Of a stretch of 64,000 nt of DNA, positions 14,487-25,756 are shown one piece after another. Where the stretch lies: assembly GCA_965112735.1 (NCBI GenBank), contig OZ218950.1, positions 1,674,001 to 1,738,000 of the forward strand, written 5' to 3'. A program made the position numbers and the translations under genes. Each line of letters opens with the position of its first letter. Within the stretch, counting starts at the first letter, position 1. Under the pieces are notes generated by a model that searched no databases, had not been told where the DNA came from, and was given only the letters and a program-made list of their open reading frames with translations. The stretch is from Phaeosaccion multiseriatum (Eukaryota; Protista; Ochrophyta, other classes).

Positions 14487-14518
<32 letters not shown>

Positions 14519-15061
14519 TCTCCTGCTCAATCTCCTTTTCCTTCTCGTCCCCACCTTGATGGAGTGTGGCCTCCTCACGGTCCTCGGTCTGTCCCTGTGT
14601 TGTCATTCACACACGACACAGCGGCGATGCAAAATCAAAAAAAGTGTTCTGATCCTCCTCCTCCTCCTCCTCCTCCTCCTCCTCCTCCTCCTCCTTTACC
14701 ACCCGTTTCATGTCTTCACACCACCCCTACCCTACCCATCCGGACACTATCATCTACCTACTCCATCCGGTCCTGACACCCCCCACCCACTGCGTCATGA
14801 CCACTCCTACCCTACTTACTCCATCCGTCCTGACACCACACCATCCCCCCATCCTACCCTCTTTGACATGTTCTCACCTCCTGCCCTCCTCCCTTTCCAG
14901 CCCTCTCTTCTCTCAGTACGGCTCCCATTTGAGAAATCGCCTCCGCCTGAGCCAGCATTTGCTTGCGAAGCTCTTGCTCCTGTTGCTCCATCCATACACA
15001 AGGCGGGCAGTAGATGGAAGGACGAATGGATGGATGGATGGATGGATGGATGGATGGATGG

Positions 15062-15093
<32 letters not shown>

Positions 15094-18000
15094 GTGGATG
15101 GATGGATGGATGGATGGATGGATGGATGGATGGATGGATGGATGGATGGATGGATGGATGGATGGATGGATGGATGGATGGATGGATGGATGGATGGATG
15201 GATGGATGGATGGATGGATGGATGGATGGATGGATGGATGAATGAGTGGAAGGGTGGAAGGAAGGATGAAAGGAAGGAAGGAAGGAAGGAAGGAAGGAAG
15301 GAAGGAAGGAAGGAAGGAAGGAAGGAAGGAAGGAAGGAAGGAAGGAAGGAAGGAAGGAAGGAAGGAAGGATAGGCGATGGAAGATAAAAAAAAAAACACA
15401 ACACACACGGCACGAAGAGAGTACTTGGGTGAGAGGTGTTGTGTGGTGTGCGTCAAGCGTCAATTCAAGTGAAACTGAAACTGTGGGGCGAGCGCCGTGC
15501 ATATGTGAAGGTGCCAAAGGGTGGGAGAGAGAGACAGGGGGGGGTGGGATACAGTACCAAGCGAAGAGCTAGACTGAGGAGTAGTAGGAGTAGGAGTAAG
15601 AGGAAGAGGAAGAGGAGGCGCATAAACAAGGCAAACAGTATGGATTGAATGAAGCAGCTGCACCAGGGTCTAGACCAGCTTCATAAGTCCCTTTCCTTCG
15701 TGCCATATGCGTGTTGGTGATCTCTAGTCTCTCTCTCTTTGTGCCATATGTGCCGTTTGGTCTTAAGCTTCATTTCCTTGTTTGCCCTCGCTCGCTCTCA
15801 CCTCTCCTTCTCCCTTCTCCTTCTCTGCTCTCTGTAGAGACTCCTCCGCGATACTTGTTTTGGTCCTTGCTGACTCAAGGCGGTCTCGCGCCTCACCAAG
15901 CTTTGAAGCGAGGCCCTTGTTCTGAGGAGAGGGGTGGAGGGGGGTGGAGGGGGGTGGAGGGGGGTGGAGGGGGGTGGAGGGGGGTGGGGGGCAGAGAGGG
16001 GAGGGTGGGGGGGTGGGAGGGATGGGTGGGGGGTGGAGAGGCAAAGGGAGGTGGGAGGGAGGAATGTGAGTGTGAGTGTGAGTGGCACACTGCATCAAGG
16101 CGACCAAGGGGGGGGGGGGGAGAGAAAGAGAGAGGAGGCAAGAGGGAAATGAAAGAGATTCAATCGTCGTTTGAATGGATGAAACGAGGAGCGTGGCGCT
16201 ACCCAATACCCCAGTACCCCATGGGGTGCCATCCGTCCATTTCACGGGTACGTCGAAGCAATGTACAGTTTCAACAGTTTCAAGTTACCTCGAGGTGCAG
16301 ACTCCTCACGCGCTCCTTGAAGGTCTCTGCGGTGGTGAGCTCCTTCGTCAGATGCAGCACTTCCTCGGACAGCTGAGGAGACAGAGAGAGAGAGAGCAGG
16401 ACATGCATGTACAAGCATCACACGCATGCACACACATGCACACACGCACGCACGCACGCACACACACACACAACGGCGATGATTTTGAGTACGTCGAGTC
16501 TGAACCGCACACTTCTCCTCTCTCCCCGCTCCCCTCTACTCTCCTACTCTTCCCTCTCCCGTCTTGCCCATCTCATCCATGCCTGCACCTTCTCATTCTT
16601 TTCCTCGAGCCTCTGCTTAGCCTTGAGCACGTCCTTGAGGTGACTCTCCGCCGTGTTGGCTCGCTGCACTGCCTCTCGCGTCTCGTGATGCTTCTCTCTG
16701 GAGGGAGGGAGGGAGGGAGGGAGGGAGGGAGGGAGGGAGGGAGAGAGGGAGAGGAGGGAGGGACGGAGGGAGGGAGGGAGGGAGAGAGGGAGAGGAGGAA
16801 TTGTGTGGTGTGTGTGGCGGCGGAGCCACGAAGGAGGGAGGGAATGAGCGTGTCTTGAAACATCGTACATCGTCTCTCTCGCTCCCTCTCAACCCACATC
16901 ATTTAGAGGGAGCGAGTACATGGCCGTGTGATGCATTCGTCCCTCCCTCTTTCCCCGACCTCCCCTTTTCGCATCGTTCGTTCCCATCGAAGTAGCTCCC
17001 TCACTCCCTCATCTGTCTCCTTCCCTCTCTCTCTGTCACATACACACGCGCACACACACCCACACACACAACACCAACTCCAACACCATCCAGTGCCATC
17101 CAGTGCCATCCAGTGCCATCCTCACCTCCTCTCCGTGCTGGCCAGCATGTGGACTCTCTCCACCTCCGCCTTCCCCTCCTCCTCCCTCTCCCGGAGCTCT
17201 GCAGCGTGTTGGGCTGCCTGTATGAGCTGCTCACGAAGCCCTCCGATCTCGATGGTGGCCTCTTCTTCCTGTAGGGACAGCTGGGCCTTGAGATGATGCA
17301 TCTTATGGACCGAAGAAGGGAGGGAGGGGGGGAAAGGGAGGGAGGGAGGGAGGGAGGGAAGCTAAGAGGTATGCACACAAAACAACAAAGCAGCAGCAAC
17401 AACAACTACTCCTTCTACTACTACTGTTTACTGCTACTTCTGCTGCTCCTCCTTCCCCTCCTCCCCCTCCTTCTTCTCCTCCTCCTCACCTCATCCTGCG
17501 CCTCCCCCACCTCCGCCACCCTACTGAGGAGCTTCTGAGAGAGGGCGGTATGCTTCGCCTTTAGGTCGCTGACTTGCTTGTCACGCCTTTCCAGCTTGTC
17601 CGCTGCGATTCGAAGACGTCGATTTTCCAGGTGGAGGGCATCGAGTTCCTGGAGGCGGGGGAGGGAGGGAGGGAGGGAGAGAGGAAGAAAGAGGGGGAGC
17701 ATGGGGAGGCACGGGAGCAAGAGTTAGAACAAGAACGACCAGCACACGAGAGGTGTTACACTCAGCCGAACTCTCCTCTCCTCTTTTCCTCTTTTCTCCT
17801 CTCCTCCCCTCCCCTCCCTTCCTCTCCTCTCCTTTCCTCTCCTCTCCTCCCCTCTCCTCTCGTCTCCTTCTACTCTTCACGCCACCCACGCACCCACGTT
17901 CCCACCCACCTCTCTCTGCTGCGCCATGTGAATATCCCTCCCCTTGACGGCCACACGCAGGCCCTCCAGCTCGTCCATCATTTCCGAGACCTGCACCATG

Positions 18001-18973
18001 TGGTTCTTCGCGTTGGTGTCAGTGTTGGCGGTGCCGTCTCCTCCCGTCCACCCTGCGGTGTCATTGTTGTTGCTGGTAGTACATGTATACCCTTCCATCT
18101 CTCGCGCGAGCTCCACATCGGCCCGATGCCCTTCCTGCCTGGCGCGCAGGTGTGGATCACGCAGACTCATTCTACCACCACTCGCCCACGTGCCTGCATC
18201 CGTCCCACCCCCATCGGCTGCCATCTTGAGCTTCTCCAAGGCTCGCAAGTGCTTCTTGCGCTCTGTCTCGAGCTCGTTTTGAAGCTCCTCTCGGGTCTTG
18301 GGGCGGAATCGTTTGGGCCCGCCCAGGGTCTTCTTGATGACGAAGTCGTTCATCTCCTGTTCATCATTTGTTAGTTTGTGTGTGGGTTTTGTTTGTGTTT
18401 TGCATTGCGGTGTGTGGCGGAGTCAGATGAAAGGTGACAGGGCCAAGTAGCTCGCTCCTGTGGGGCATTGCGGGATGTCGTCATGTGCGTGGGCATTGGG
18501 ATGGATGGCGCACAGCTTCTGCTGAGGGGGAGAAGACGAAAGACAGGGGAACATCTGCCGGTAGTTACATTGGCTCCCCCGAAGCTGGCGGAGAGTCAGT
18601 TAGTTGGTTGGGTGTGGTGAGTGAAGAGGGGACACACGAGCCCCACCTTTTCTTCCCAGCCGACTTTCTTTCTGAACTCTGCCTTGACAACGTCTGCGAC
18701 GAGCTCCAGCTCCCTAATCTTGTTGCGCATGTTCTTGATCATGGCGGAGCGGCGGTGGTCCTTATTCTGTGCCCTTGCCGCCTGCAGCTGGTCCTTCAGG
18801 TCAGCAACACTCTTCATCAGGGCCCGAGTCTTTTGCGTGTGGAGCGCGGTCAGGGCTTTCATCTGAGCGTCCACACTGGCGGGTCCGTTCGTCGTCTCCC
18901 CAAGCAACGCCGCCAGCATGGCGTCATTGCTCGTGCTGTTGTCCCGGCCCCCGCCTGCTGTTATGTTTACCAT
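12299..18973 (-). CDS. Long coiled-coil protein with acidic/Ala-rich low-complexity C-terminus, ~10 exons
   Basis: Consecutive heptad-rich exons on the minus strand ([20 protein letters not shown]..., [99 protein letters not shown]) are bounded by GT-AG sites; stop at 12299. Function not identified, and an extra 5' exon is possible. Confidence 0.75.
15026..15370. repeat. Compound intronic microsatellite (GGAT)n followed by (GGAA)n
   Basis: About 215 bp of GGAT units, then about 100 bp of GGAA units. Confidence 0.95.
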
Positions 18974-19141
18974 CCTCCTCTTTCTCTTCCTCTCTCCTTA
19001 TTCTGATCCTCTCTCCTTGATCTCACAGCCCCTTCGCTTACTTCTTCCTCCTTCCGCCGGGAAGAAAAGTAGCCGCTGTCATAGTGTGCGTGTGCTGCTG
19101 CGCAGGAAGGAGATAAAAGAGGGAATTGAAGATCTTCCGTT

Positions 19142-21151
19142 ATGAAATCGATGGCAGCAAACGGCTCAAACTCCACTTCAATCACACACGCCGCCATGAA
19201 GCACGGGGCCCCACGGCCGGGTGCAGCAGCTGCAGCGGCTGCAGCAGCAGTAAATCTCTGGTATGTCCTGCTACTGGTGCTGTGCGGGATACACTTGTCT
19301 GTGGCATTCGTTCAAGGGCCACGGCAACGTGTAGTAGGAGGAATTTGCGGGCAGTGGAGGCAGCACCAGCAGGGAAGGAGAGTGCATAGGAATAGTTTAG
19401 ACAGAGGCTGCGGCAGCGGGATTGGACTAGCAGCGCACTTAGAAGAGGGAGGGGTAAGGCTCCGCTCAACTGCGACCGCGGCTCTAGTAACAGAGGCGAA
19501 GGATGAGAGGAGGAAAGGAGCTTTGACTACACAAAGCAGCGAAGCATACAGACGCAAGTCAGTAGCTTCAAGCAAGAGGGGGCTTTTCGGCGGCGTTCGA
19601 GATGCACTATACCGCCTGTACGCCCATGCAGTCATCTGTTTGGGAGCCTCTATCTTCTTCGTCATTACCCGCGTGCTCAACAGGACGCGGTGCGTCGAGG
19701 GGAAAGACCGCTTGATGGATCTAGTCATGAGGCGAGACAAGGACCGAGGACTGCTCACCATATCCAACCACATGAGCACGTACGATGACCCTGGACTTTG
19801 GGCGGTGAGTGCCACAGCAGACGAGGCCATGTTCACGGTTCAACGACCCAAAGGGGGGAGGAGGGGGGGGGGTCCTCGAGGGGGCAACAGGCCTAGTCCA
19901 CCAGCTTACTATTGAGGTTTAGTGTGTTTTGTATACTGCGTCTGTGGTACGCTGCTTCCTCTGCCCCTTGATTTACCACCTTCTTGACTTACTCCACCTT
20001 CTTGACTTACTTCCCTCCCTCGACTTACTCCACCTCCTCGCTTTTGCCTCTCTCGTCGCTCGCTGTCCTCCTTCGTGACCGCCCAGGCCATCTTGCCGTG
20101 GTGGCGAGTGGGCAAGCGTCGAATGCGATGGTGAGCGAGTGGAACTGCGCCCGAGGAATGAGAAGATGACGTGGAGATGCGTGGGGGGTGGGGGGCACAA
20201 GGGCGAGGAGAGGATATGAGGGAACATGGGATGGAGTGGGTAGAGAGAAGGACAAGGGCCTACCCTCGCCTCCCACTCCCGCTGTCGCTCGTTTTACGGG
20301 TCTCAATTCCTCGCTCCTGCCTCCCCAAATGGCGAGTGTATTCCTTCCTCTCTTGTCGTCGTCTGCCTCCTCCCGTCTCCTCTTTGTCCACCTCGGCGGC
20401 CTTGCATGCACGCGCAAAACAACACTAACAACAACAGCCGACCGACACCACCACCATAAAAACCACCACCACCACCACCACCACCACTGCCACCAACACC
20501 ACGACCAAACCAGGGGCATATGCACAGACGATGTGTACTATGCCAACCCCGCTCTCGTGCCCTTCCTCCGAGCCGGGGGCGCACTCCCCGTCAAGCGACG
20601 CCTGCCCGCCTCCCAACCCATGTTCCAGGCCTTCTTCGACAAAGTGGAGGACGGGGCGTGGGGACATGTGTTTCCAGAGGGGGCAGTGAAACAGCCGTGG
20701 CGCTTCGCCAAGGGAGAGCCCGTCCTAGGAGAGTTCAAGACCGGCATTGGCCGTCTTCTCGCACGGTCCAAGGTGAGAGAGTGAGAGAGTGAGTGAGTGA
20801 GTGAGTGAGTGAGTTAACTCAGTCAAGTCAGTCCAGAGAGTCATCAGTGAGTCAATGAGGGCAGTGCCATGTCTGTCAGTCTGTCTGTCTGTCTGTCTAT
20901 GCCTTTCTGTCTGTGCGTCTGTCTGTACGTCTGCACGTCTGTCTCCCTGTCAGTCTCCCTGTCTTTCTGTCGGTCTCTCCGTCTTTTCTCTCTGGCCTAT
21001 GTGGGAGTACTGGAGGAAGAAGAGGGGTGTGCCGGGCGTCTCTCCTCGAGGCCAAGAGAGAGAGAGTTACGTACGAAGGCCAGGCAAGGCCTGGTGTGCG
21101 ATACGTGTGATGTACCAGGCGTCAGGCCGGTAGGGTTCAAGCCCACCACCC

Positions 21152-21216
<65 letters not shown>

Positions 21217-22217
21217 GTCACCATCATCATCATCATCATGACCTGACCGTCCATGAACAGCTGCCACTCTCTTCTTAAGTATTGCACTTGCTTCTTTGCT
21301 CCCCCTCCCTCTCGCTGCCCCTCCCCACCCCTGCCTCTCCCTCCCCTCCCTCCTTTCCTTTCTTCCTCCCTCCCCTCCCCCCCATCCCTCCCTCCGTCCC
21401 TCCCTCCCTCCCCGCCCCCCTCCACTCCCCCCTACCCCTCCCTTCCGCCCTCCCCTCCTCTCCTTCCCTCCCCTCCCCTCCCCTCCCTCCCCCCCTCCCT
21501 CCTCTCCCTCCCCCCCAGAACCCCCCAATCGTACTACCCATGTACCACATTGGCATGCACAGGATATGTCCAGAGGCGCCTTGCCTCTCACGCAGACCCG
21601 CCAAGCTGTACCCAGGTCTGTTTGGTCGAGGGAAGCGCGTCAAGGTCTACGTGGGAGAGCCCATCGACGTATCGCACATTGTACACAAGTGGGAGACGGG
21701 CTTTGAGGGACAGGTGCGAAATGACCCAAAGGGCGGCAGTTTCAGTTTTCAAGTATGTGTGTGTGTGTGGGAATGTGTGTGTGTGTGTGTGTATGTTGGG
21801 GGGGGGGGGATGTATAGCTAATTGGTTAGCTAACCCGGGGGTGCGTCCCTCGCAGTGGTCCAAGGCCCTCGCAAAGCAGTGTATTTGTCCTTTCGATTCT
21901 TTCGCTCGAGTCTTGAGAGTCACTAGTCAGACCCCATCTTTTGTCCTTGTGCTTAATCCTTCCAACCCTCCACCCCCACACCCCCCGCCAACCTTCTTTT
22001 GTCCACATTGTTTTCCACGGATCCATCTGTGCGCCCCTGGTGCAAGTAGGAGGGTTTAGGTGACCTGAGTGCTATGCCCTGGAGCCAGGACGACAGCATA
22101 GCGGAGCTCAAGTGTTACAAGGAGATTGCCACATACCTTCGCCTCAAGATGCTTCCGCTTGAGGCCATGGCGAGGAGAGAGTACTTTGGGCCACCCACGC
22201 CTCTGTCAAGCTACTGA
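19142..22217 (+). CDS. TAZ: Tafazzin-like phospholipid acyltransferase (PlsC/LPLAT superfamily), ~5 exons
   Basis: RGLLTISNHMSTYDDPGLWA (HX4D), AILPWWRV...MRW, GICTDDVYY...FLRAGGALPVKR, GAWGHVFPEGAVKQ, EFKTGIGRLL, PIVLPMYHIGMHRICPE, GKRVKVYVGEPIDV; last exon ends ...PPTPLSSY* at 22217. Confidence 0.85.
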
Positions 22218-22587
22218 GTGGCTCACGCTCAGGCCTAGCCTTAGGCTTAGGCTTGGGCTCAGGGTTAGGGTTTGGTAGTCGTAGGAGGCTACGGATTAGG
22301 GTTAGATGAGTGAGCTTGTCATGCTATTGAGCTTGCTATTGAGCATGCTATTGAGCTTGCTGTTGAGTGGCTTGTCAAGCTACAAGCTACTGAGTGGCCT
22401 GGGCTTAAGGTAGTATGGTAAGGATGAGGGAATGGCAAGAGTTAGATTAGTACTCTCCCCGCCAACAGGAGGACAGGGGGGTTGGTGGGATGAGGGGCAC
22501 GGGTGGCTGGAGACACCTCACCGTGGTCAGGGACTCAGGGGCACGGGGGATCAGAGGTCCAGTGGGCCCTTATGAGACCCCCCCGGG

Positions 22588-22630
22588 GAGGCTACAACTT
22601 TGAATGACTCACTCAACAAGTTGTAGCCTC
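22588..22630. repeat. Perfect 13-bp inverted repeat hairpin
   Basis: GAGGCTACAACTT (22588-22600) / AAGTTGTAGCCTC (22618-22630), 17-nt loop. Confidence 0.75.
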
Positions 22631-22773
22631 TCTTCCCCCTTCCGGTGCGGTATTGAGCTTGCTTTTGAGCGTGCTACTGAGCGCCACTGGGGGGGGGGGG
22701 AGGAGAAAGAGGAGGAGGAGGAGGAGAGGTGGTGACGATCCTAAAGTCGATTTTGCTTTAAGAACGACTTTTC

Positions 22774-25335
22774 ATGTCGAGTGTGATTGTACCGATTTTT
22801 CCACGGAGACAGGTGTTTGATGGAGAAGAAGGAAAAAGGCGCGCTCGTATTATATTATTTCATGAGATGAGGAGTAGGAGGACTGGGGCGGAGGCTGTGA
22901 AAGGTGTGCGAGATCGTATGCTTCACTCCTTCCCCTTCCTCCTATTCCTCCTCCTGCTCCCCTCTTCCTGCCCGACGGCAACTAATATTGCCGCAGTACC
23001 GCGGGACGAGGGAGTAGCGGCTCCAGAGCCGGCCCCCCTTGATGATGAAAGCATTGCAAAGGTAGAGGCTGAAATCCTCAACTGGCTAGACTCTTCGGCG
23101 CAAGCGGAACATGTCGGCCCGCCAAGGTGGGACGAGGAATGGATCGCGGCAGCAGCTCCAGACGCGGCCCCTGTTGGCGATGGGCGCGTTGGAAAGGAAG
23201 AAGTCTGGCTATCTCTACCCACGGAGGTGGAGGGGGCGGTGGTGGAGGAGGAGGGGGGAGAATGGCGGGCGGAAGAGAGGGAGGAGGTTGTCAAGCCTAT
23301 GAGCGGAGCACAGAGACGGCAAGAACGTTTGCAAGAGCGATTGAGGCGCCAAAAGCAGTTCAAAAGCGCGCAAGACTGGCTCAAGGACGCACTGACGACT
23401 CTGATGCGCTACTGGTGGAGCTGTGGGTGGACGATTGTGTTAGGGGGGGGGGTAATGTTGCTCTCGCGCTACAACATTCCGCTCAAGGACACCGTCTGGG
23501 TTGCGTCGCAAGAGACGTGCAGGTGGGTATGGGGCTACGCTTGGGTCGATAGGCCCAGGGCAGTGCTGTCTTCACTGGATAGAGGAACAGCAGCAGCACC
23601 AGGACAAGGAAGAGGAGGAAGAGGAGGAGGAAGGGGACGACGAGGAGGCGGACGAGGAGGAGGAGGAGGGGGGGGAAGCGTGGAGGAGGAGGAACTGCCT
23701 GGCTTGGATCCTGATCCTGGCCATCTTTACGGCTGGTCGTCAGCAGCTCGTGGGCGTATGGGTGATGACGGGGCCCAAGGGGGGCAGGGGGGTGAAGAGA
23801 GGCGAGGAGGAGGAGGAGGAGGAGGAGGAGGAGGAGGAGGAGGAGGAGGAGAAGGAGGAGGATCGTCGGTCGAAGCGGAGGGAGTATGCCGGAGAAGACG
23901 AAGGCGAGGAGAGAATGGTGGTGGAAGGGAGCGGGAAGACTCTGGCGCCGACGGGCAGCAAGCAGGGGCAGGAGCAGGAGTAACCTCCCCAGGGCAGTGG
24001 GCTTGTGGGGGGGGGGAGGGACACACTGAGGACCAAGTGGTGGCCATGACGGAGCAGATCCGATGGCACATTCCGGCTTGGCAGACCCGGTTACTGCAGG
24101 GCAGAAGGTCTGTGGGTGGTGGAGCAGCAGCGGGGGGGGGGGGGGGAGGAGGAGGGGGAAGAGCAGCAGCGGGCAGTGATGATGAGGGTGGTGGTGGTGG
24201 TGGTGGTGGTGGTGGTGGTGGTGGTGGTGGTGGTGGTAATGATGAAGGTAGGAGTAGCAAGAGTGGTCAGACAGAAATGGCAGGGTCACCATACCACGGT
24301 AGGACGATGCCCAAGGTGGTAGACTTTACGCCCAAGCCGCAGGGGTGGCTGGTGTTCGACCACGACTTTGGTGTCATACCGCTTGAGACGAGGGACTTGT
24401 GGAGAGACCAGTTGGTGATACGGCAGCGGGGGCGCTGTGGGGAGGGGGTGTCGTCGACGGAGAGAGCAAGAGGCGGGAGGACGTCGCGCAAAAGGAGTCG
24501 GGACAGACAGAGCGGCCGAAAGCATATCCATCCCCAGCGATCACAGTTGGCTTCGTTGGCAGAGGAGGAGGAAGACGGAGGGAGGAGGGACGAGGGAGGA
24601 GAGTCGGTGAATGGGGTGGGGGCTGGTGCCAATGCTGGTCCTTCACCTTCAGGGCGGGGGTTCAGGGTGCTGCCACCAGTGCGTGGCTTTCCGGCTCGTT
24701 CAGGAGAAGCAACAGCATATGTACGGCCAGCTGTATCACCAACTGTTGCTGCTGGCTCTGGGTCGGATGATAGTGGAGAGGGACGAAACCCTGTCAGCCA
24801 GGCGCTACTTCGGAGCGACGTTGACAAGGCTTGCGTAGGAACAGGTTCGAATGGGGAGGTGGAGAGAGAGGAAGATGTAAGGACGGAGCCGAGCGGGGCC
24901 ACTGCCGATAATTATCGAAATAACAGTAGCGTCGATGCTGCAAAGGGAAAGGGGGAGGGGGGGGCTGGGGTGGCATTTGCGTCGGGTACAAGTACTAGCG
25001 CCACAGCAGCGGCCAGTGAGATGGAGGGGGTTAAGGTTGGAAGCGGTCGGAAGACCAGGAATCGCAAAGGCAAGAAGAGAGGCAGCAACGGAGGCACCAA
25101 TGTTGGTGAAGCAGCAGCAGCAGCAGCAGCAGCAGGTGTAGCAGGTGGTGATTCAACAGCAGGGGCGACTAAGTTGGCCATGAAGGCGGCGAGTGGAGCA
25201 TCGCAGCATCAGCAGCAGCAGCAGCAGCAGCAGCAACAGCAACATCAGCAATTCCGCGAGCAATTGGACAAGGCACAGAGCAGCAGGAGCAGCAGTAGCG
25301 GTGGCAGCAAGCCGCAAGAGGTGACCGCCCATTGA
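22774..25335 (+). CDS. Intronless 805-853 aa hypothetical protein (signal peptide, one TM segment, Gly/Gln-rich low complexity)
   Basis: Uninterrupted 2.5-kb ORF. MLHSFPFLLFLLLLPSSCPTA (ATG 22918) is signal-like and WWSCGWTIVLGGGVMLL is TM-like. One short ordered-looking motif: HGRTMPKVVDFTPKPQGWLVFDHDFGVIPLETRDLW. Confidence 0.7.
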   Translation: MSSVIVPIFPRRQVFDGEEGKRRARIILFHEMRSRRTGAEAVKGVRDRMLHSFPFLLFLLLLPSSCPTATNIAAVPRDEGVAAPEPAPLDDESIAKVEAEILNWLDSSAQAEHVGPPRWDEEWIAAAAPDAAPVGDGRVGKEEVWLSLPTEVEGAVVEEEGGEWRAEEREEVVKPMSGAQRRQERLQERLRRQKQFKSAQDWLKDALTTLMRYWWSCGWTIVLGGGVMLLSRYNIPLKDTVWVASQETCRWVWGYAWVDRPRAVLSSLDRGTAAAPGQGRGGRGGGRGRRGGGRGGGGGGGSVEEEELPGLDPDPGHLYGWSSAARGRMGDDGAQGGQGGEERRGGGGGGGGGGGGGGGEGGGSSVEAEGVCRRRRRRGENGGGREREDSGADGQQAGAGAGVTSPGQWACGGGEGHTEDQVVAMTEQIRWHIPAWQTRLLQGRRSVGGGAAAGGGGGGGGGRAAAGSDDEGGGGGGGGGGGGGGGGGNDEGRSSKSGQTEMAGSPYHGRTMPKVVDFTPKPQGWLVFDHDFGVIPLETRDLWRDQLVIRQRGRCGEGVSSTERARGGRTSRKRSRDRQSGRKHIHPQRSQLASLAEEEEDGGRRDEGGESVNGVGAGANAGPSPSGRGFRVLPPVRGFPARSGEATAYVRPAVSPTVAAGSGSDDSGEGRNPVSQALLRSDVDKACVGTGSNGEVEREEDVRTEPSGATADNYRNNSSVDAAKGKGEGGAGVAFASGTSTSATAAASEMEGVKVGSGRKTRNRKGKKRGSNGGTNVGEAAAAAAAAGVAGGDSTAGATKLAMKAASGASQHQQQQQQQQQQQHQQFREQLDKAQSSRSSSSGGSKPQEVTAH

Positions 25336-25756
25336 AGCATTGAAGCTCAAGTATTAATGGGAGTCACTATTAACGAATGTACTTATTGTATGTGAATCAA
25401 TCCATCACCATCCCCACACAGACTCAGTCTGTAATTAGACTCCTTCGCTCTGGCATGTGGTGGGGGGGGGGGGGGGGGGCGCACCACGGCCAGTCTAGTA
25501 TTATTGTCCTCTTCCTCCCCCTCCTGCTGCTGCTGCTCCTGCTGCTGCTGCTGCTCCTGCTGCTGCTCCTGTTGCTATCTATATCAGTCAGCTCGACACC
25601 GCCAGTTACCCCCCCACCCCGCCCCTACTCCCTTCCATCCATCCTTCCTTCCTTCCTTCAGGCGCTTGCCTCACCCTCACCCTCACAAAAAACACACACA
25701 CACACACAACTCCAACCCAAGCTATCGCCACACCGTATACTCTTCCCTTCAAAAGC

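Noticed and set aside
14556-15517. ORFs with (MDGW)n / (PSIH)n / (PSFL)n repeats
   Set aside because: Translations of intronic GGAT/GGAA microsatellites
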